A stretch of 64,000 nucleotides of DNA. Source: an uncultured Verrucomicrobiae bacterium. GTDB lineage: Bacteria > Verrucomicrobiota > Verrucomicrobiia > Limisphaerales > Palsa-1400. Numbering within the stretch: position 1 is the first letter of the stretch; each line of letters opens with the position of its first letter. The notes beneath the pieces were generated by a model. The model worked only from the letters and a program-made list of their open reading frames with translations, did no database searches and was not told where the DNA came from. The DNA is taken from positions 576,001 through 640,000 of the forward strand of contig CAVXRD010000003.1 in the NCBI GenBank assembly GCA_963764165.1, written 5' to 3'. Positions 58,292 through 64,000 of this stretch are shown here, in pieces. Position numbers and translations under genes: made by a program.

Positions 58292-58843
58292 TCAAACTTC
58301 AATTGACAGGCGTTTTGATATTAAAAAATAGAGGCCTGCATGCACTTTGGGTTCAATTAACAAACCCTCCTTTTCTTTTTGCGTGAGCCAGCCGTCTATG
58401 CTTTGCACCGGCACTTCATGCACAGTGATGTTCTCTTGCGCCACACCGCCGCCGGCATTCACGCGTTTTAGTTTTGACGCCGCGACCAGCGTAATAACCT
58501 CCGACGTCAATCCCGCCGACGATGGCCCTGTCGTTAGAATTTCAACCTCTGTGGCGGCAAAGCCTGTTTCCTCGAGCAACTCGCGCTTGGCGGCAGCAGC
58601 CATGCTTTCGCCCTCTTCGCCAGGTTCGTCTCCGACAATTCCAGCGGGCAGCTCAATCGTTCGTTGGTGGAGGGGAATTCGATATTGCTCCACAAGCAAA
58701 AGCTTTCGCTCATCAGTCACCGCGAGAATGACAACTGCGCCGCTTGCGTTGACGCGCTCAACATATTCCCAGCGCCCATCTTTCAATAGCGTCAAAAACT
58801 TTCCGACGTAAAGCGTGGTTGGTTTTTCTGTTTGCGAGATCAT
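58292..58843 (-). CDS. NUDIX hydrolase (ADP-ribose pyrophosphatase-like)
   Basis: EQYRIP, ELPAG, AAKRELLEETG Nudix box. Confidence 0.92.
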   Translation of the reverse strand: MISQTEKPTTLYVGKFLTLLKDGRWEYVERVNASGAVVILAVTDERKLLLVEQYRIPLHQRTIELPAGIVGDEPGEEGESMAAAAKRELLEETGFAATEVEILTTGPSSAGLTSEVITLVAASKLKRVNAGGGVAQENITVHEVPVQSIDGWLTQKEKEGLLIEPKVHAGLYFLISKRLSIEV

Positions 58844-58861
58844 AGTCCTATAGCGCAAGAC

Positions 58862-58899
58862 AGCGCCGCCACGACGTTTGGAACCGTCGTGGCGGCGCT
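58862..58899 (-). terminator. Strong hairpin downstream of rplW
   Basis: Perfect 15-bp stem AGCGCCGCCACGACG/CGTCGTGGCGGCGCT, 8-nt loop; weak U tract. Confidence 0.6.
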
Positions 58900-58937
58900 T
58901 GGAAATTTGGAACCCGGCGGGCCGAGTTCAGCCGGCC

Positions 58938-59219
58938 TCAGGCCAGGCTGATTTTGTCTTCCTTGCGGAGCGTGACGATGGCTTTCTTCCAGCTTGGCGC
59001 GCGGCCTTCGAAGGGGGTGCGGGCGCGGCGGAGTTTGCCACGGACGTTCAGCGTGTTGACCTTGAGGACCTTCACGTTGAACAACTCGCTGACAGCCTTG
59101 CGGATTTCAGTCTTGTTGGCGCGTCGGTCGGCCACGACAGTGTATTGGTTGAATTTGTCCGACTGGCGGGTGCCCTTTTCGGTCATCCGCACGGTTTTGA
59201 TGATCTCGTAAGAATTCAT
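58938..59219 (-). CDS. rplW: 50S ribosomal protein L23
   Basis: TEK, ANKTEIRKAVSELFNVKV..VNT, WKKAIVTL. Confidence 0.97.
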   Translation of the reverse strand: MNSYEIIKTVRMTEKGTRQSDKFNQYTVVADRRANKTEIRKAVSELFNVKVLKVNTLNVRGKLRRARTPFEGRAPSWKKAIVTLRKEDKISLA

Positions 59220-59220
59220 G

Positions 59221-59850
59221 TTATTCCTTGGCCAGACGCTTCTCAACTTGCTCCCACGCGCCGCGTGTAAATACTAATTTATCGCTGCGCAACACTTGAT
59301 ACGTGTTGACAGAATCGCCCGTTGTCAACTCAACACCCACCACGTTGCGCGAGGCGAGGAAGAGATTCTTGTCGGCTTCGTGGCCAACAAAAAGGGCAGT
59401 GTGTCCGTGAACTTCCAGCGCGCTCAGCACGCTGACGAAATCGCGTGTCTTGGCGGATGACAATTTCAAATCGTCAACCACCGTGACATCTCCAGCCTTG
59501 AGGCGTTCGCTCAGGGCTTTGCGGAGGGCCGTTTGGCGGGTTGTGCGATTCACTTTTTTGGAAAAATCGCGAGGCTTGGGTCCGAAGACCACGCCGCCGC
59601 CACGCCACAACGGCGATTGGAACGAACCGGCGCGAGCGCGGCCCGTGCCTTTTTGGCGCCATGGTTTCTTGTTGGTGCCGGCGACTTCGCCGGCATTCTT
59701 GGTGCAGGCTGTGCCCGAGCGCTGGGCGGCGTTGTAGGCCACCACCACCTGGTGGACGGCTTCCGTCGCGCTGCTGTCCTCGATGAGAGCGAGCTTCACT
59801 TCCACTTCGCCCGCATCCTTCCCCTGGATATTTTTGACAGTAAGCTTCAT
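59221..59850 (-). CDS. rplD: 50S ribosomal protein L4
   Basis: [30 protein letters not shown]. Confidence 0.98.
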   Translation of the reverse strand: MKLTVKNIQGKDAGEVEVKLALIEDSSATEAVHQVVVAYNAAQRSGTACTKNAGEVAGTNKKPWRQKGTGRARAGSFQSPLWRGGGVVFGPKPRDFSKKVNRTTRQTALRKALSERLKAGDVTVVDDLKLSSAKTRDFVSVLSALEVHGHTALFVGHEADKNLFLASRNVVGVELTTGDSVNTYQVLRSDKLVFTRGAWEQVEKRLAKE

Positions 59851-59853
59851 AAA

Positions 59854-60600
59854 TTATTTCTTCTTGGCGGCCGGGGCTTTGGCAGGAGCTGCTTTGGCCT
59901 TGGCTCCAGCAGCCGGAGCTTCGGTGACGGCCGAGCGAACCGCCAAACGGTTCTTCGCGCGATCCGAGCCCTTCGGCAATTTCTTCGCTTCGCGGATCAC
60001 AACGTAGTCATCGTTGGAGCCGGGAATGGCGCCTTTGATGAGCAGGAGGTTTTCCGCTTCGCGGACCTGGATGATTTGCAGGTTCTGAGCCGTGCGGCGA
60101 ATCTGGCCCATGTGGCCGGGCATCTTCATGCCGCGCATAACTGTGCCGGGGAACAAACGCTGGCCGATGGCGCCAGAACGGCGGCGCCAGCCTTTGGCTC
60201 CGTGGGAGGCATCACCGCCTCGGAAATTGTGGCGCTTCATGACGCCTTCGAATCCGCGGCCTTTGGTGACGCCGATGGCGTCAACAAAATCGCCGATGGC
60301 GAAGATTCCGGGTCCGATTACATCGCCGGGTTTGACCGTCAGGGTGAAATCGCGGAACTCTTTGACACGCTTGGTGGGCGTCGCCGAGAATTTCCTGAAA
60401 TGACCGAGCAACGGCTTGGTGACGCGCTGTTCTTTTTGGTCTTCGAATCCCAATTGAACGGCGTTGTAGCCGTCGGATTCGACAGTCTTGACTTGAATGA
60501 CGCGATTAGGTCCAACGAGCACCACGGTCACCGGGACGATAACGCCGCGGGAATCATAGACGCTGGTCTGGCCAAGTTTTTTTCCGAGAAGTCCGAGCAT
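59854..60600 (-). CDS. rplC: 50S ribosomal protein L3
   Basis: GKKLG, DGYNAVQLG, KGRGFEGVMKR, KMPGHMG. Confidence 0.98.
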   Translation of the reverse strand: MLGLLGKKLGQTSVYDSRGVIVPVTVVLVGPNRVIQVKTVESDGYNAVQLGFEDQKEQRVTKPLLGHFRKFSATPTKRVKEFRDFTLTVKPGDVIGPGIFAIGDFVDAIGVTKGRGFEGVMKRHNFRGGDASHGAKGWRRRSGAIGQRLFPGTVMRGMKMPGHMGQIRRTAQNLQIIQVREAENLLLIKGAIPGSNDDYVVIREAKKLPKGSDRAKNRLAVRSAVTEAPAAGAKAKAAPAKAPAAKKK

Positions 60601-60612
60601 GGGAGGAGAGCG

Positions 60613-60921
60613 TTAAATTTTAATGGTGATGTCCACGCCGGCTGGAAGATTCAATTTCTTGAGTTCGTCCACCGTCTTGGCTGTGGGTTCGATGATGTCC
60701 AGCAAGCGCTTATGCGTCCGCTGCTCGAAAGTCTCCTGGGACTTTTTGTCCGAGTGCGGCGAGCGCAGCACCGTGAAGCGCTCGATGCGGGTGGGAAGTG
60801 GGATGGGTCCGGCCACACGGGCGCCCGTGCGTTTGACTGTTTCCACAATATCGTGGGCCGAGGCATCAATGACGCGATGGTCAAAGGCCTTCAATCGAAT
60901 TCTAATACGCTGTCCAGCCAT
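60613..60921 (-). CDS. rpsJ: 30S ribosomal protein S10
   Basis: [23 protein letters not shown]. Confidence 0.99.
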   Translation of the reverse strand: MAGQRIRIRLKAFDHRVIDASAHDIVETVKRTGARVAGPIPLPTRIERFTVLRSPHSDKKSQETFEQRTHKRLLDIIEPTAKTVDELKKLNLPAGVDITIKI

Positions 60922-60954
60922 ATAAAAAGAACAAGTTAATAGTTTATGTTTACT

Positions 60955-63144
60955 CTACGTCCTGGCGGCGGGCCGTTTGCCAGCCTGCTCCATGATCGCA
61001 CTCAAAACACTGTTCGGAACCTGCTCGAATGTCAAGGGTTCCATGGAATACGAAGCTCGGCCCTTTGACAGCGAGCGAATCGCGGTCGCGTAGCCGAACA
61101 TTTCGGCCAGCGGCACGTGTGCGTTCAAAATGGTTTGACCGCCCTTGCCATCGATGGCGATGATTTTGCCGCGGCGACGGTTCACGTCGCCAAGCAGGTC
61201 GCCCTGATATTCGTCAGGCGTGGTGACTTCCACTTTCATGATGGGTTCGAGCAAGATCGGGTTCGCCTTTTTGAAGGCGTCCTTCAGCGCGAAAATACCG
61301 GCCATTTTGAAAGCCATTTCGTTCGAGTCCACCTCGTGGAATGATCCATCCGTGATTTCGACCTTGACATCGATGACCTGGAAACCGGCGTAAGCGCCGC
61401 TCTTGCAGGCTTCTTCAATGCCGTCGATAATCGCCGGGATGTATTCCTTTGGAACCGCGCCGCCAACAATCTTGTTGACGATTTCGAGACCTTTGCCGCG
61501 CTCCTGGGAAGTAAGCATGATGCAGGCGTGGCCGTATTGGCCGCGTCCGCCGGATTGCTTGATGTATTTTCCTTCGCCCTCGGCGGAACCAGTGACGGTT
61601 TCGCGATAGGCGATTTGCGGCGCGCCCGTGCTGGCCTCGACCTTGAATTCGCGCTTGAGGCGGTCAACGATAATTTCCAAATGCAGCTCACCCATTCCCG
61701 CGATGATCAACTGGCTCGTTTCTTCATTGGTGAAGCAACGGAACGTCGGATCTTCCTCAGCCAGGCGCTGCAAGCCTTCGCCCAACTTCTCGCGGTCAGC
61801 CTTGGTCTTCGGTTCGACGGCCATGCTGATGACGGGCTCAGGGAACGTCGGCGGTTCGAGCATGACATCGAAATCTTCGTTGCACAGCGTGTCGCCGGTA
61901 ACGATGTTGCGCAATCCGACCAGAGCCGCGATGTCGCCAGAATAAACGGAATCCACGTCCTTGCGTTCGCTGCCTTGAATAATCATCAAACGCGCGACGC
62001 GCTCACGCCTGCGCGTGCGGGGATTGTAAATGGTATCGCCCTTCTTCAAGACGCCCGAATAGACGCGGAAGAATACGAGTTTGCCGGCATAAACATCGGT
62101 CCAAAGCTTGAACGCCAGCGAGCAGAATTTGTTATTGTCATCCGGCTCCACCAAAACGGGAGTGTCGGTGCCGGGTTCGTGCCCGGACATCGGCGGAACA
62201 TCCATCGGGCTGGGCAAATAGTCGACGACAGCGTCCACGAGAACCTGGACACCCTTTTTCTTAAAAGCTGAACCGCACAAAACCGGGATCAACTCGATTT
62301 TGCAGGTCAAACGGCGGATGGCAGCCTTGAGCACCAGCGCAGGCACCGGCTTGTCTTCCAGAACGTATTCCGCAATGGTGTCGTCCTTGTCAGCCACAGC
62401 ATTGATCAACTCCGTCAACGCCTTGGCGGCCTTTTCCTTCAGCGCCTCCGGAATTTCGGTGACTTCATAGCTAAGGCCTTCCTTGACCACTTCGCCGGGA
62501 CCCCAAGTGATAGCCTTCTGGTTAACGACGTCAACGACGCCTTCGAAAATGTCGGCCGCGCCAATCGGCAAAAAGATCGGAAATGCATACGCGCCGAGCT
62601 TCTTGCGCATGTCTTCAAGCGCGTTGTCAAAATTCGCCCCTGTGCGGTCCATCTTGTTGACGAACGCGATGCGCGGAACTTTGTATTTGGTCGCCTGCCG
62701 CCAGACGGTTTCCGATTGCGGCTGCACGCCAGCCACGCCGCAGAACACGGCCACGGCGCCGTCAAGGACGCGCATGGAACGTTCGACTTCAGCGGTGAAA
62801 TCGACGTGTCCGGGAGTGTCGATAATGTTCACGCGATGAGGAACGGTCGGGTAAAGTTTCTCGAGCCCCTCTTCCTTCTTCTGGGTCCAGTAGCAGGTCA
62901 CGGCAGCCGACGTGATCGTGATGCCGCGTTCGCGTTCCTGCTCCATCCAGTCGGTCACGGTATTGCCGTCATCGACATCGCCGATCTTGTGGATCAAGCC
63001 GGTGTAAAAGAGAATGCGCTCGGTGGTGGTCGTTTTGCCGGCATCGATGTGCGCGGCAATGCCGATGTTGCGCGTGCGCTCCATCGTATATTGACGGGCG
63101 GGCGAATTCACAGGCTTCTTTGTATCTGCAACGGCTTCTGACAT
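60955..63144 (-). CDS. fusA: Elongation factor G
   Basis: AHIDAGKTT, ERGITI, DTPGHVDF, NKMD, GMGELHL. Confidence 0.99.
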   Translation of the reverse strand: MSEAVADTKKPVNSPARQYTMERTRNIGIAAHIDAGKTTTTERILFYTGLIHKIGDVDDGNTVTDWMEQERERGITITSAAVTCYWTQKKEEGLEKLYPTVPHRVNIIDTPGHVDFTAEVERSMRVLDGAVAVFCGVAGVQPQSETVWRQATKYKVPRIAFVNKMDRTGANFDNALEDMRKKLGAYAFPIFLPIGAADIFEGVVDVVNQKAITWGPGEVVKEGLSYEVTEIPEALKEKAAKALTELINAVADKDDTIAEYVLEDKPVPALVLKAAIRRLTCKIELIPVLCGSAFKKKGVQVLVDAVVDYLPSPMDVPPMSGHEPGTDTPVLVEPDDNNKFCSLAFKLWTDVYAGKLVFFRVYSGVLKKGDTIYNPRTRRRERVARLMIIQGSERKDVDSVYSGDIAALVGLRNIVTGDTLCNEDFDVMLEPPTFPEPVISMAVEPKTKADREKLGEGLQRLAEEDPTFRCFTNEETSQLIIAGMGELHLEIIVDRLKREFKVEASTGAPQIAYRETVTGSAEGEGKYIKQSGGRGQYGHACIMLTSQERGKGLEIVNKIVGGAVPKEYIPAIIDGIEEACKSGAYAGFQVIDVKVEITDGSFHEVDSNEMAFKMAGIFALKDAFKKANPILLEPIMKVEVTTPDEYQGDLLGDVNRRRGKIIAIDGKGGQTILNAHVPLAEMFGYATAIRSLSKGRASYSMEPLTFEQVPNSVLSAIMEQAGKRPAART

Positions 63145-63201
63145 AGGATAAAAATGCCCCGGTGTGTTGCCACGACGGGGCGATAACGGCGTTATAACGG
63201 T

Positions 63202-63675
63202 TTACCAGCGGAAATGCGCGAAAGCTTTATTGGCCTGGGCCATCTTGTGAACTTCGTCACGTTTGCGGATCGCGTTGCCCTGTCCTTGGAACGCATCCAT
63301 GATCTCCAGCGCGAGGGCTTCTCGCATGGCGATGCCTTTGCGGGCATCCGCCAAGTCGACCAGCCAGCGCATGGCGAGCGACAACTGGCGATCCAGCGTC
63401 ACTTCAACCGGCACCTGATAAGTCGCGCCACCGACACGGCGGGGCTTGACTTCGAGGCGCGGCTTGGCGTTGTCCACGGCCCGCTGCAAAATCTCCATCG
63501 GGTTGCTGGCCGGGTTTTTGGCGGCGATTTGATCGAACGCGCCATAAACGATGTTCTGCGCGGTGGTCTTTTTGCCGTTTTCCATGACGGTATTGACCAA
63601 ACGCGAAACCAGCGTGTTGTGATACTTGCTGTCTTCCAACAGCGGTCTTTTGACTGCACGACGACGACGGGACAT
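63202..63675 (-). CDS. rpsG: 30S ribosomal protein S7
   Basis: RRVGGATYQVP, HKMAQANKAFAHFRW. Confidence 0.99.
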   Translation of the reverse strand: MSRRRRAVKRPLLEDSKYHNTLVSRLVNTVMENGKKTTAQNIVYGAFDQIAAKNPASNPMEILQRAVDNAKPRLEVKPRRVGGATYQVPVEVTLDRQLSLAMRWLVDLADARKGIAMREALALEIMDAFQGQGNAIRKRDEVHKMAQANKAFAHFRW

Positions 63676-63678
63676 AAA

Positions 63679-64000
63679 TTAAGCTCCTTCCCCAGGTTTG
63701 GCGGCAGCGCCAGCTTTGGCGGCCTTGGGGCGTTTGACCCCGTATTTGGAACGGCTCACGCGCCGCTTTTCAACGCCCGCGGCGTCCAATGTGCCGCGCA
63801 CAATGTGATAACGCACGCCGGGCAAATCTTTCACGCGGCCGCCGCGAACCAGAACAATCGAGTGCTCCTGGAGGTTATGGCCTTCGTCCGGAATGTAAGC
63901 GATCACCTCGAAGCCGTTGGTCAAACGGACTTTGGCGACTTTTCGCATGGCGGAGTTGGGCTTTTTGGGAGTGCGCGTCATCACCTGGATGCAGACCCCG
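63679..64000 (-). CDS. rpsL: 30S ribosomal protein S12, 3' part (start lies beyond the window)
   Basis: [29 protein letters not shown]. Confidence 0.99.
   Translation of the reverse strand, partial: GVCIQVMTRTPKKPNSAMRKVAKVRLTNGFEVIAYIPDEGHNLQEHSIVLVRGGRVKDLPGVRYHIVRGTLDAAGVEKRRVSRSKYGVKRPKAAKAGAAAKPGEGA

Noticed and set aside
60922..60954. Absence of tuf between fusA and rpsJ as a novelty
   Set aside because: A direct fusA-rpsJ junction is already known in several phyla, including PVC members and Bacteroidetes.

Overview
High-GC bacterial chromosomal segment. Gene style, the rpsL-rpsG-fusA-rpsJ order without tuf, and the large Asn/Thr-rich surface proteins suggest Verrucomicrobia, probably a Pedosphaera-like lineage (inference). 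The backbone carries hrpB (partial), a TetR-regulated RND efflux operon, eno, dedA, alaS, ribBA/ribH, a heme-copper cytochrome c oxidase cluster, two large secreted proteins (lamin-tail/CotH and BspA-type LRR), two toxin-antitoxin pairs, several REP-like repeats, an intact-looking IS5-family element, and the start of the str/S10 ribosomal cluster, which stops after rplW. The most interesting part is a ~10.1 kb, visibly AT-richer element integrated in tRNA-Asn(GTT), bounded by a 25-bp att duplication (44106-44130 / 54211-54235). It encodes an atypical tyrosine integrase that seems to lack the first catalytic Arg, a stand-alone family-A/TV-Pol-like polymerase with an AT-rich hairpin in its 5' end, an R-S-E ADP-ribosyltransferase-like protein, and a convergent pair of putative nucleotide-signal enzymes (a small RelA/SpoT synthetase and a divergent class III cyclase). 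I recognised no capsid, conjugation or helicase genes in it. All calls come from by-eye motif reading; no database searches were run.
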